A stretch of DNA of 64,000 nt from Candidatus Roizmanbacteria bacterium RIFCSPLOWO2_02_FULL_40_13 (GCA_001789965.1 MGBA01000021.1:28507-92506); one strand, 5' to 3'; counted from the first letter of the stretch, positions 33,475-42,008 are shown. Program-made: numbers and translations. The notes: generated by a model from the letters alone, not told the origin.

Positions 33475-35790
33475 TTAGATTACTGCCACAGTCTCCACTG
33501 TGCCGCCAGCGTATTGAAGAATTTGCCGGATTGAGTCCTGAAGAGCATTTTCAACCTGGCGCTTTGTGATATCAAAAACTCCGTCAACATTTATATAAAG
33601 ACTTTTTGTCTTTTCGGTGACTGCGGTTCTTTGCGCGTCTCGGTAATTGAAATCGATATTATAACCGCCCTTCTTATCAAAATATGCGATCTCTCCTTCT
33701 TTATATGTTGTTTCTACTTTATCTCCAAGCAAAAGAATTTTTTCATCTTTTTTTGCAAAGCGTAAAATAGTGGGAAAAGAGATGTTGTCAAGATCAAAAG
33801 CGCCAACAGAAACTTTACTGTTCATAACGACAAGGTTATACGCGTCAACAACATTATTAACAGAATACAATCCTTTTTTTAGAGCAATTCTTCGAAGTAA
33901 TGCTTCCGGTGAAGGCCTGCGTGAATGCCAGTCAATTCCCGTTGCCTTGTAAAGTTTTCGGTAACTTTGAATTTCCGGATAAGCGCTGAGGATTTCATTA
34001 GTGAGATTGCCATGTTGTTTAATAAACGCATCCGTTCTTTTTTTTAACTCCGCAGAAGCTTTCTCTATCCTGACGTTTTTAATGATCGCGACTCCTATGT
34101 GGATAGAGGGGTAGGTTTTCTTTAATCGAGAGTCAATAGAAAAAATCTTCTTGCTTATTTTATTTGTAAAGCTTGATTTCGATGTAGTTGTCGAATTATT
34201 TTTTGCAATGTTTATATCCTTAAGTCTTGCGACCACTTTATCGATTCCAAACTCTAAGATCAGGTCTGCAGCTTTCGGTCCATGCTCTCTTCCTAGAAGA
34301 GCTTTATAAAATGCAGAAAATACTTCTTTTGCCTGAAAACTATTTCTCTTCAGCGTATCGAAAACAATTTGTTGTAGGTCTTCTCTCGAAGGATCTTTCT
34401 TTTTTTCAATATTTTCCGCAAGCTTATTCAGAAAATCCTTTTGCTTGATGGTTAAATCTTTTGGTGAATCCTTGGTCAATTGTATTTTATCTTCAGGATT
34501 TGCATAATTTTTGAGATAAACTTGTGCGTAAACGACTCTCTCTTCTAATATTTCTCGTTCTTCTGCTGTTAATTTTGAGCCCTTTTGTTCTTCAAAAAAA
34601 GTAAGTACGTCTCCTTTTGTTCTTGCGTGACTCGCTACCGTTCGAAATCGGGGAAGGAATAATCTTTTTTTAGGTAAAGGCCTGACTTCTGAAAGTTCGG
34701 CGATTCTTGCAAAATCATTTAAAACTTCTCCCGTCTTACCTTCTGGAATCTTATTTTCTAATTTGTCGAAGTATGCAGCAAGACAACGGTCGTATTCGTC
34801 AAATAAACTTGGAATCGTATCTCCTTCAGGCTGGAAATCAATAGTTCTTTCGATTGGCGTGCGAACCATAAGAAATCGTAGTAATTCAGGGGGAAGTATT
34901 TGGGAAACTTCTTTTGAAGACGACCCGAGTCCTTTAGAAGAAGACATTTTTTTTCCACCGATAATGAAAAATTCATAGGTAACCGGATGGGGAATAGGGT
35001 AATGAAGTACCTTGCGGCAGATTTCAGATGCAATATCATGTGAGCCGCCAGCTGACATATGGTCTTTTCCGGCTCCTTCTACTGTTATACCGATAACCTT
35101 CCATTTTGCGGCCCACTCAACCTTCCATGTTAACTTTCCGTTTCCATCGAAAGGAGATATTTTTCCTTCATGACCGCAGCCTTTTGCCCACACAACCATA
35201 TCCAGCTCACAGCGGTAGTGAACGTATTTACCATCCCACTTGAAAACCTTTGTGGTTCCGATTTTTTTACAATTCTCACAGACTGGATTAAACGGATACC
35301 AATCTTTCGGAAGCTTTTTCTTATACATTTTTTCATAGATCGTTTTTACGAAATTAACATTATTAAGTATTTCGGTGATGACGTCATTCATTTTTCCTGA
35401 TTTGTATAAATCCGATCCCCATATAATTTCAGGGTGGCAGTTTATAGAATTAAATACGCTTATAAACTCTTTGGCATAGTAATCTGCAAAACTTTTAAAT
35501 CCCGGCTCTGGTGAAGGTACGTTAAAAAGCTGAAGTCCTGAGTATTTCTCCCACTTTTTTTTATCAAGATATGACGGAATTGCATCCATCGGATCATGAT
35601 CGTCAAAGACATACGTAAATTTAGTTTTTGCTCCCGCATCAAGAAGCGCTTTATATAGAAGATCGTGTATCACGACACCACGGAGAGAGCCGACGTGGAT
35701 ACGGCCCGATGGCGTTTTCATGTCATCTACCCACTCAAGAGGAAGTTCTCTTTTTGCAATTCGATTTGCTTCTCTGTCGACCCAGATCAT
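33475..35790 (-). CDS. lysK: Class I lysyl-tRNA synthetase fused to a C-terminal B3/4 (PheRS-beta editing-like) domain
   Basis: 771-aa ORF. Residues ~1-530 carry the class I signatures SGRIHVGSLRG (HIGH-like) and KMSSSKG (KMSKS). Residues ~550-771 carry the B3/4 motif RRPSPEALLRRI...NNVVDAYNLVVMNSKVSVGAFDLD. Confidence 0.85.
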   Translation of the reverse strand: MIWVDREANRIAKRELPLEWVDDMKTPSGRIHVGSLRGVVIHDLLYKALLDAGAKTKFTYVFDDHDPMDAIPSYLDKKKWEKYSGLQLFNVPSPEPGFKSFADYYAKEFISVFNSINCHPEIIWGSDLYKSGKMNDVITEILNNVNFVKTIYEKMYKKKLPKDWYPFNPVCENCKKIGTTKVFKWDGKYVHYRCELDMVVWAKGCGHEGKISPFDGNGKLTWKVEWAAKWKVIGITVEGAGKDHMSAGGSHDIASEICRKVLHYPIPHPVTYEFFIIGGKKMSSSKGLGSSSKEVSQILPPELLRFLMVRTPIERTIDFQPEGDTIPSLFDEYDRCLAAYFDKLENKIPEGKTGEVLNDFARIAELSEVRPLPKKRLFLPRFRTVASHARTKGDVLTFFEEQKGSKLTAEEREILEERVVYAQVYLKNYANPEDKIQLTKDSPKDLTIKQKDFLNKLAENIEKKKDPSREDLQQIVFDTLKRNSFQAKEVFSAFYKALLGREHGPKAADLILEFGIDKVVARLKDINIAKNNSTTTSKSSFTNKISKKIFSIDSRLKKTYPSIHIGVAIIKNVRIEKASAELKKRTDAFIKQHGNLTNEILSAYPEIQSYRKLYKATGIDWHSRRPSPEALLRRIALKKGLYSVNNVVDAYNLVVMNSKVSVGAFDLDNISFPTILRFAKKDEKILLLGDKVETTYKEGEIAYFDKKGGYNIDFNYRDAQRTAVTEKTKSLYINVDGVFDITKRQVENALQDSIRQILQYAGGTVETVAVI

Positions 35791-35839
35791 AGGAAATTTA
35801 TGTAAGAACTAATTTCAAATGAATATAATTGTAGCAGAC

Positions 35840-36298
35840 TTATCGGATCTGAAGGACTTTGTAGATGATTTTTCCTGAAGGAATTTCTACTTCTACGGTG
35901 TCATGTGTTCTTTTGCCGATAAGGGCTTTCCCGATAGGGGAAGTAGAGGAGAGTTTTTTAGCCATTGGGTCTGCTTCAAATTCTCCAACGATAGTAAACA
36001 AGTCTTTCTCGCCATTTGCTTCCACCATGACTTGTGACCCCAGAGAAATTTCCGTACCATTGGCGCGATTTTCGACAACCTCTGCATTTTTCAATATTTC
36101 CTCAATCTCTTTGATTCTTCCTTCAACAAAAGCGAGTTCTTCTTTTGCCGCCGAGTATTCACTATTTTCAGATAGATCACCCATTGCGCGGGCTTTTTGT
36201 AATCTCTCGATCGTCGAGGGACGCTTTGTTTGCATAAGAAGAGATAGCTCTTTTTTCAGATTATTTAAGCCGTCTTTGGTCAGCTGGGTCTGTTTCAT
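35840..36298 (-). CDS. greA: Transcription elongation factor GreA
   Basis: 152-aa ORF. Coiled-coil NTD with GDLSENSEYSAAKEE and a CTD with SPIGKALIGK. Confidence 0.94.
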   Translation of the reverse strand: MKQTQLTKDGLNNLKKELSLLMQTKRPSTIERLQKARAMGDLSENSEYSAAKEELAFVEGRIKEIEEILKNAEVVENRANGTEISLGSQVMVEANGEKDLFTIVGEFEADPMAKKLSSTSPIGKALIGKRTHDTVEVEIPSGKIIYKVLQIR

Positions 36299-36334
36299 AG
36301 AATAAAAAATATCCCCTAAGACATCTGGGGATTA

Positions 36335-36343
36335 TGTTAAAAT
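36335..36343 (+). promoter_or_regulatory. Candidate extended -10 promoter (TGTTAAAAT) upstream of tRNA-Glu
   Basis: TGTTAAAAT lies 46 nt upstream of the tRNA 5' end, in the greA/tRNA divergent spacer. Confidence 0.3.
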
Positions 36344-36389
36344 AGTACTACATTTTGGTCGTTCTGTCAATCTAGATTAGTACGACCTT

Positions 36390-36462
36390 GGCCCTATCGT
36401 CTAGAGGCCTAGGACGGCAGGTTCTCATCCTGCAAACCGGGGTTCGAATCCCCGTAGGGTCA
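36390..36462 (+). tRNA. tRNA-Glu (anticodon CUC), CCA not encoded
   Basis: Hand-folded cloverleaf. Acceptor GGCCCTA/TAGGGTC (one G-U), D arm GTCT/GGAC, anticodon stem GCAGG/CCTGC with loop TTCTCAT, 4-nt variable loop, T arm CGGGG-TTCGAAT-CCCCG, discriminator A. Confidence 0.9.
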
Positions 36463-36485
36463 CAAGGTAGAGCTTGGTTTCACCA

Positions 36486-36707
36486 TTAAGTCCTAATTTC
36501 AAAAAGTTTATTTTTTGATTTCGCACCCGAAATTAGTCGTATAGCTGAATGCCGAATCTTAAAGTACTTCGCCAACGCGGTAATCACCGCGCTATTTGCT
36601 TTTCCCTCAAGGGGTGGTTGATTAACATAAATATGTAATGTTTCCAAAAGATCTTTCTCAATCCTTGGCCTTTTTGAATTAGGGTGGACAATAGCCGAGA
36701 TTTTCAT
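36486..36707 (-). CDS. DUF167 (YggU-like) family protein
   Basis: 73-aa ORF with the family pattern VHPNSKR...LHIYVNQPPLEGKANSAVITALAKYF...ISGAKSKNKLFEI. Confidence 0.75.
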   Translation of the reverse strand: MKISAIVHPNSKRPRIEKDLLETLHIYVNQPPLEGKANSAVITALAKYFKIRHSAIRLISGAKSKNKLFEIRT

Positions 36708-36728
36708 GCTGATAGTATAAAATAAGAA

Positions 36729-37406
36729 ATGATGGATTCGGAAACAAAAGAATTACCCCATACTCCAAAAATAGAAGACTTATCAGGAGGTTATGTGGAA
36801 CTGGCTAATAGAGATTCGGTTCTAGTTAGTGCTGAAGCGCTTGGAGTAGATCAATGGAGGGAGATGATAGATGCAACTCAGAAAGACTTTAGAGAAAGAG
36901 GACTTGTCGTATCTCGAAAAAGAAAAGGCACTCTTGTTAGGAGCAAGGTCTTCATAGGTGAAGGAGAAGATGCTGAAATAGAAATTAGAGCTCCTATTTC
37001 TCATGAACTAAAGAGTCTTATACCGGGAAGACAAAATCTTGTTTTTATCCATACTCACGCTATGACTCCAAAGGATGACCATCTTCGAACAAGTTCATTT
37101 TCTGATGACGATATCCAGAAATTTCTTACCAGTGATTATAAAGCATTGGTAATGTTATGTCGTGGAGGAGCGCACTTTCTTGTTCCGACGAGTGGATTTC
37201 CAAGAGCTCATCAATCGCTAGATAAAGATCTTGTGATGAGTGTAGTAGAAAACGTAAAGAAAAATTCAGGGAGGACATGGGATATTGTTAAAGGTGTCTC
37301 CAAAAAATTAGCTCAACGGGGATTTGGCTATTTCTATACACCGGAGCTAGATCATACAGGTAAGGATTCTGTTAGATTTTATAATCCCGAAAACTTTCAA
37401 GCGTAG
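36729..37406 (+). CDS. Hypothetical protein, possible divergent JAB/MPN-like metalloprotease fold
   Basis: 225-aa ORF with no confident family. It contains H-x-H (FIHTHA) followed 12-13 residues later by S-x-x-D (SFSDDD). This resembles the JAMM motif but with longer spacing. Confidence 0.3.
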   Translation: MMDSETKELPHTPKIEDLSGGYVELANRDSVLVSAEALGVDQWREMIDATQKDFRERGLVVSRKRKGTLVRSKVFIGEGEDAEIEIRAPISHELKSLIPGRQNLVFIHTHAMTPKDDHLRTSSFSDDDIQKFLTSDYKALVMLCRGGAHFLVPTSGFPRAHQSLDKDLVMSVVENVKKNSGRTWDIVKGVSKKLAQRGFGYFYTPELDHTGKDSVRFYNPENFQA

Positions 37407-37460
37407 GCTCGAGTAAAATAAGGCTTGTGCTCAGGAGATTCAAACACCATTCTCCAAATC

Positions 37461-37489
37461 TTGATTGTCTCCAAAAATTCATCTATACT
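37461..37489 (+). promoter_or_regulatory. Candidate sigma-70-type promoter for the NUDIX gene (TTGATT-17-TATACT)
   Basis: TTGATT, a 17-nt spacer, then TATACT, ending 33 nt upstream of the ATG at 37523. Confidence 0.4.
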
Positions 37490-37522
37490 TTGGTTTGAAA
37501 TAATAAATTAACTGCTCACCGC

Positions 37523-37933
37523 ATGATGGATAAACCAAAAATCATTTACAAGGTTGGATTAGCTCACTTTAAAGACGGGAAAATACTCATGACCAGAAGT
37601 ATTGGTAAAGACGTGTTTTATTGTGCAGGTGGAAAGTTTGAAGAGGGTGAGTCAGATATCGCATGTCTTAAAAGGGAAGTAAAGGAAGAACTTGGAGTAG
37701 AGCTGGACGACGCAAGTATTAAATTTCTCAAAACATTTGAAGACGTTGCTCATGGAAAAGTTGACATGAGAGTTAATATAAAAATGTATTCCGCCAATTT
37801 ACTTAGTGAGCCAAAACCGTCTCAAGAGATAGAAGAGATACGGTATCTGGATTCTACCGCGGAACCGAAAATACTTGCACCAATTGATATTCAGATTTTC
37901 GCATGGCTAAAAGAAAACAACTTCATTGACTAA
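37523..37933 (+). CDS. NUDIX hydrolase (MutT-like)
   Basis: 136-aa ORF with an intact Nudix box GGKFEEGESDIACLKREVKEELGV. Confidence 0.88.
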   Translation: MMDKPKIIYKVGLAHFKDGKILMTRSIGKDVFYCAGGKFEEGESDIACLKREVKEELGVELDDASIKFLKTFEDVAHGKVDMRVNIKMYSANLLSEPKPSQEIEEIRYLDSTAEPKILAPIDIQIFAWLKENNFID

Positions 37934-37971
37934 TGAATAAATAGAGCTAAGAAAGAAGAGAGAGTGGATTA

Positions 37972-38751
37972 TTATTCAGCTGCGAGCGCTTTGTCAATGG
38001 CCTGTTTGAGCTGGTCATAAGGAACAGCTCCTTCGACCGTTGTAGTCTTTCCGGTTTTTGTATCAAAGATAACGCTAGTTGGTGTAGCTTGGACTCCTGC
38101 TTTCACACCTTCAGCAAGTTGATCTTTTACTTTTTTCTCATTCTTTCCAGAATCCAAACATTGCTTAAGCGCAGCCGAATCAAGACCTGCTTCTTTTGCA
38201 ACTTGTGGAAGTTGACTCAGTTCAAGATCAGGCATCTTCTCAAATATCGCGTCAACCATCTTCCAGAATGCATCGTCGCCTCCCTGTTCTGCTGCACACT
38301 CTACTGCTTCTGCAGTTTTTTGTGCTTTGGGATGAAAACTCAATGGATAGTGTCTGTAGATCCATGCAAACTTTCCAGGATAGTCTGCTTGTAGCTTCAC
38401 AAGATTTGGATGGATTGTTTTACAGAATGGACATTCCAAATCAGAATACTCTACCCATACATAACGAGCGTCTTTTGGACCTCTCCAGTGATCCGAATTA
38501 GCCGATGGTTTAGCTGCTTTGACATCTGCGGGCGCTTGCTGGGGGAGTTGCGCTTGGTTGGGGAGTCCTCCTCCTTGTTCAAGATTTTTTAGTTTAAAAA
38601 ATAAATATCCGCTAAAAAATGAAACAACAATTAATAAGATGACGAGTAATGTTTGCGTTCTGGATTGAGAAAGGGGAGAGATCTGAGATTGATTTGCTTG
38701 TCTTGAGGGGGCTTTTCGTGCAGTTGCTCTTTTTCTTGTCGCTTTAGCCAT
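37972..38751 (-). CDS. Membrane-anchored DsbA-family thiol:disulfide oxidoreductase
   Basis: 259-aa ORF with a basic N-terminus, a TM segment (LLVILLIVVSFFSGYLFF), and a thioredoxin fold with the CPFC active site. Confidence 0.85.
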   Translation of the reverse strand: MAKATRKRATARKAPSRQANQSQISPLSQSRTQTLLVILLIVVSFFSGYLFFKLKNLEQGGGLPNQAQLPQQAPADVKAAKPSANSDHWRGPKDARYVWVEYSDLECPFCKTIHPNLVKLQADYPGKFAWIYRHYPLSFHPKAQKTAEAVECAAEQGGDDAFWKMVDAIFEKMPDLELSQLPQVAKEAGLDSAALKQCLDSGKNEKKVKDQLAEGVKAGVQATPTSVIFDTKTGKTTTVEGAVPYDQLKQAIDKALAAE

Positions 38752-38759
38752 ATTCTAGC

Positions 38760-38788
38760 AATATAAAAGAATTAAAAAAGAATGTCAA
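38760..38788 (-). promoter_or_regulatory. Candidate sigma-70-type promoter for the DsbA-like gene (TTGACA-17-TATATT), 8 nt from the ATG
   Basis: The minus strand reads TTGACA-ttcttttttaattcttt-TATATT-gctagaat-ATG. The -35 is perfect and the geometry predicts a leaderless or near-leaderless mRNA. Confidence 0.45.
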
Positions 38789-38810
38789 CCGCGATTATCG
38801 GGGTTAAGGT

Positions 38811-40631
38811 TTATTTCGCATATAAGCGATATAAATTGCTTCCGATGTTTTCAAATTTGTAGATTTTGATCTTTCCTATCTCTTTTGTATTTTTAACATG
38901 AGGACCACCACAGAACTCTTTTGAGTATGCAGTTTCGGGTTTATCGTCTTCTCCTCCCAGATAATATACTTTTACTTTGTCCGGATATTTTTCACGAAAG
39001 AAAGACCGCGCTCCGATTTCGTATGCTTCGTCTTTCGTCATAATTTTAAATCTCATGGGAAGTTCTTCCTTTACCTTTTTGTTTATTATGTCTTCTGTTT
39101 TTTGCACGTCTTCCTTTGTGAATTTTTTTAAAGATGAAAAATCAAAACGAAAACGGTCTTTTGTGATATTTGATCCTTCCTGTTTGACACCTTCTCCCAG
39201 AACGTCAAAAAGCGCTTGATGCATCAAGTGTGTGGCGGTGTGGTATTTTAGTACTTGATCGCTGTGATCTGCGAGACCTCCTTTAAATTTTCCTGCCGAA
39301 GCAGAGCGGGATAAGTTTTTATGATTCTCAAATTCTTTTTGAAACTGTTCATGATTGACACTTTGTCCTCTTTCCCGAAATAACTCTTCAGTCAATTCTA
39401 AGGGAAATCCATAGGTCTGATAAAAATCAAAAGCAACTTTTCCGTTTATATCTTTTACTTTTTGAACTTCACGGAGACCCCTCTCAAGACTTTTTTGAAA
39501 TTTTGTAATTTCGTCTTCAATCACTCCCGCGATAATTTTAAGATCCTTTGCCTTTGAAAAGTAAACTTCTCCATAGGTTTCCAGAACGCTTTCGCTAATC
39601 CGACGAAAATCCTCACCTTTTCCAAGGGATCCCTTTAGAGATCTCATCTTTACCGCAGCTCTGCGTAAAAGTCTTCTTAACACATATCCTTGTTCTTTAT
39701 TTGAAGGAGTTACACCGTCCACGATTAGAAATACGGAAGCTTTCAGATGGTCCGCGATTATACGGATAGCTTGCTTATTGGATTCCTCATCATATTTTTT
39801 TCCGCTCACATCTACGATGGTTGCAATAATCGCCTCGTACAGGTCCGACTTAAAAACATCAGGGTCGTCATAAATAGCAGCCAGGATCCTTTCAAAGCCT
39901 CCACCAAAGTCCACATTTTTTTTAGGGAGTTCCTTAAACGATCCGTCCTTTTGTTTTTGATACTGCATGAAGACCGAATTGCCGATTTCGATAAATCTTC
40001 CGCAGTCGCAGTTAGGATGGCATTTCTTATCTTTAAAACTGGAATTTTCATGAATTTTTCTTTCTTCTCCAAAATCATAAAAAACTTCAGTGTCCGGTCC
40101 ACCGGGTTCTCCTGCAGGCATTCCTTCGGGTTTTCCACTTCTCGACCACCAATTCTTTTCGGTACCGTAAAAATAAATCCTTTCCTTTGGAATACCAAGT
40201 GATCTCCAGAGTTTTGCAGATTCTTCATCTTTTGGAATATCTCTTGATCCTTCAAAAACCGTAACATGTAATTTTGAAGGATCAAGTTTGATAATCCGGG
40301 TTAAAAACGTATGAAACCATGTGATCTGCTCTTTTTTAAAATAGGTTCCTAGAGACCAATTACCCATCATTTCAAATGCTGTTGTATGTCGGTTGTTTCC
40401 AACCTCCTCAATATCTTGCGCTCTAAAACAGGGTTGAATGTTGTACAGTTTTTCACCAAGAGGATGCGGCTCCCCCAAGAGATAAGGGACAAGCGGCTGC
40501 ATGCCCGACCCTGTAAAAAGAGTGGTGGGGTCGTTTTGGGGAACAAGCGGGATAGGAGGGACTTCCTTGTGACCTTTGGATTCCCAAAAGTCTGCGAAGA
40601 GGCTCCGTAGCGCTTGATGCGTGACTTTCAT
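38811..40631 (-). CDS. alaS: Alanyl-tRNA synthetase, short form lacking the C-Ala domain
   Basis: 606-aa ORF. N-terminal FADFWESKGHKEVPPIPLVPQNDPTTLFTGSGMQ and RFIEIGNSVFMQY. Editing-domain HTATHLMHQAL and CGGPHV motifs lie near the C-terminus. Confidence 0.92.
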   Translation of the reverse strand: MKVTHQALRSLFADFWESKGHKEVPPIPLVPQNDPTTLFTGSGMQPLVPYLLGEPHPLGEKLYNIQPCFRAQDIEEVGNNRHTTAFEMMGNWSLGTYFKKEQITWFHTFLTRIIKLDPSKLHVTVFEGSRDIPKDEESAKLWRSLGIPKERIYFYGTEKNWWSRSGKPEGMPAGEPGGPDTEVFYDFGEERKIHENSSFKDKKCHPNCDCGRFIEIGNSVFMQYQKQKDGSFKELPKKNVDFGGGFERILAAIYDDPDVFKSDLYEAIIATIVDVSGKKYDEESNKQAIRIIADHLKASVFLIVDGVTPSNKEQGYVLRRLLRRAAVKMRSLKGSLGKGEDFRRISESVLETYGEVYFSKAKDLKIIAGVIEDEITKFQKSLERGLREVQKVKDINGKVAFDFYQTYGFPLELTEELFRERGQSVNHEQFQKEFENHKNLSRSASAGKFKGGLADHSDQVLKYHTATHLMHQALFDVLGEGVKQEGSNITKDRFRFDFSSLKKFTKEDVQKTEDIINKKVKEELPMRFKIMTKDEAYEIGARSFFREKYPDKVKVYYLGGEDDKPETAYSKEFCGGPHVKNTKEIGKIKIYKFENIGSNLYRLYAK

Positions 40632-40639
40632 ACTGTAAA

Positions 40640-40648
40640 ATTATATCA
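40640..40648 (-). promoter_or_regulatory. Candidate extended -10 promoter (TGATATAAT) for alaS, 8 nt from the ATG
   Basis: The minus strand reads TGATATAAT-tttacagt-ATG. This is a consensus extended -10 with no Shine-Dalgarno motif. Confidence 0.45.
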
Positions 40649-40659
40649 CGTATATCTTT

Positions 40660-41571
40660 ATGCTTATACAATCGTCTAATAAGAAATCTATCAAGCCCCT
40701 TTTAAAGGACTTTTATATCCCTCCGAAGATTTCTCACAAAGGACAAAATGGAAAGTTGTTGGTTATAGGAGGCTCATCTCTCTTTCATGCAGCATCTATC
40801 TGGGCAGCTGAGACGGCTTCGCACTTTGTCGATATGGTTCATTATTCCTCAATAAAGGAGAACAACAAATTAGTGATGACCATAAAGAAAAAATTCCGAA
40901 ATGGTATAGTAGTTCCTCAAAAAGATATTCCTTACTACGCGGAGGAAGATGATGCGATCCTCGTTGGACCCGGCTTAGTACGCGGAAAGCATTCTTCAAA
41001 AAAAATAGATGATTTTAAAAAAATTCTTTCATTAGTCAATGAAGCAGATTTTACTTATCATCTTACACGATACCTTCTTCATGAATTTCCACAAAAGAAA
41101 ATAGTTCTTGATGCAGGATCTTTACAGATGATGGATAGAAAGTGGTTAAAAAGAAAAAAAGGGTTAACGCTGCTTACACCTCATCAAGGGGAGTTTAAAA
41201 AACTCTTCGGCTTAGATCTTTCTTCTTTATCGCAGGAAGAAAGAAAGCAAATAGTAACAAAAACCGCGCAAAAGTTTTCATGCACGATCCTTTTTAAAAG
41301 TATTGTCGACATCGTCTCAGACGGCACTGAGACATATGAAATAAAAGGGGGAAACGCAGGATTAACAAAAGGCGGAAGCGGCGACGTACTTGCGGCGACA
41401 GCGGCATCTTTTTTTACAAAAAACGATTCGATAAAAAGTGGAGTTCTCGCCTCCTATTTGATAAAAAGCGCGGCAGACAGGCTTTCTTTACGTAGCGGAT
41501 ATTGGTATAATAGTTCTAATATCATCGAGACGATACCCGAGATCCTAAACGAAATCTACGGAAGCGCCTGA
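40660..41571 (+). CDS. nnrD: ADP-dependent NAD(P)H-hydrate dehydratase (YjeF C-terminal type), stand-alone
   Basis: 303-aa ORF with KGQNGKLLVIGGS, LTPHQGEF and GLTKGGSGDVLAATAASF. Confidence 0.85.
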   Translation: MLIQSSNKKSIKPLLKDFYIPPKISHKGQNGKLLVIGGSSLFHAASIWAAETASHFVDMVHYSSIKENNKLVMTIKKKFRNGIVVPQKDIPYYAEEDDAILVGPGLVRGKHSSKKIDDFKKILSLVNEADFTYHLTRYLLHEFPQKKIVLDAGSLQMMDRKWLKRKKGLTLLTPHQGEFKKLFGLDLSSLSQEERKQIVTKTAQKFSCTILFKSIVDIVSDGTETYEIKGGNAGLTKGGSGDVLAATAASFFTKNDSIKSGVLASYLIKSAADRLSLRSGYWYNSSNIIETIPEILNEIYGSA

Positions 41572-41579
41572 AAAGTCAT

Positions 41580-42008
41580 ATGAAAAAAGAAGTCGGAATT
41601 GCAATTTTTTTTGGAGTGCTTTTGGGTTTGATCGTTGCAGTGGTTATCATCTCACGAATCAGACTGCTCGAAAATCAAAAAGTAAAGCTTCCTTCCAATG
41701 TGCAAATCTCTCCAGCAGTTAAAAATCTAAATTCTCAAGTTCAAACTCTTGAGGTTACCGAACCCAAAGATCAGGCTGTTGTCTCTAAAAACAGTGTAAA
41801 GGTTAAAGGAAAAACCGTCAAAGGCTCGCTTGTTATAATTCAAACGCCGATTAAAGATATTGTGGTAAACAGTAAGGAAGAATCGTTTTCCGCAGATGTT
41901 CCGCTTGCACTTGGAGAAAACATTATCACGATCGCTTCTTATCCAAAAGGCAGTCAACAAAGATCTCAGGAAAAAGTAGTAAAAGTTTATTATTTAGATG
42001 AACAATGA
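41580..42008 (+). CDS. TM-anchored protein with a single Ig-like extracellular domain
   Basis: 142-aa ORF. N-terminal TM segment, then LEVTEPKDQAVVSKNSVKVKGKT...LALGENIITIASY, a bacterial Ig-like pattern. Confidence 0.5.
   Translation: MKKEVGIAIFFGVLLGLIVAVVIISRIRLLENQKVKLPSNVQISPAVKNLNSQVQTLEVTEPKDQAVVSKNSVKVKGKTVKGSLVIIQTPIKDIVVNSKEESFSADVPLALGENIITIASYPKGSQQRSQEKVVKVYYLDEQ

Noticed and set aside
35865-36305. 146-aa plus-strand ORF covering the greA locus
   Set aside because: It lies antisense to a full-length GreA with intact signature motifs. Its Ser/Phe-rich composition carries no recognisable domain.
36311-36332. A hairpin ATCCCC-(10 nt)-GGGGAT between greA and tRNA-Glu as a regulatory element or bidirectional terminator
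   Set aside because: The stem is 6 bp with a 10-nt loop and no flanking T-run on either strand. It lies upstream of both flanking genes, so a terminator role makes no sense, and there is too little information to call a regulator.
36463-36485. A short hairpin (CAAG...CTTG followed by GTTT) after tRNA-Glu as a terminator
   Set aside because: The stem has only 4 bp and the T-run is weak, which is not convincing by eye.
38789-38810. An intrinsic terminator after alaS (CCCCG-ATAAT-CGCGG)
   Set aside because: The 5-bp stem has an internal C-C mismatch, and the following T-run is interrupted by the -35 of the next promoter. It is too weak to report as a feature.
39747-40285. 151-aa plus-strand and 157-aa minus-strand alternative-frame ORFs inside alaS
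   Set aside because: AlaRS motifs run continuously through this region in the called frame. The alternative frames have no family resemblance.
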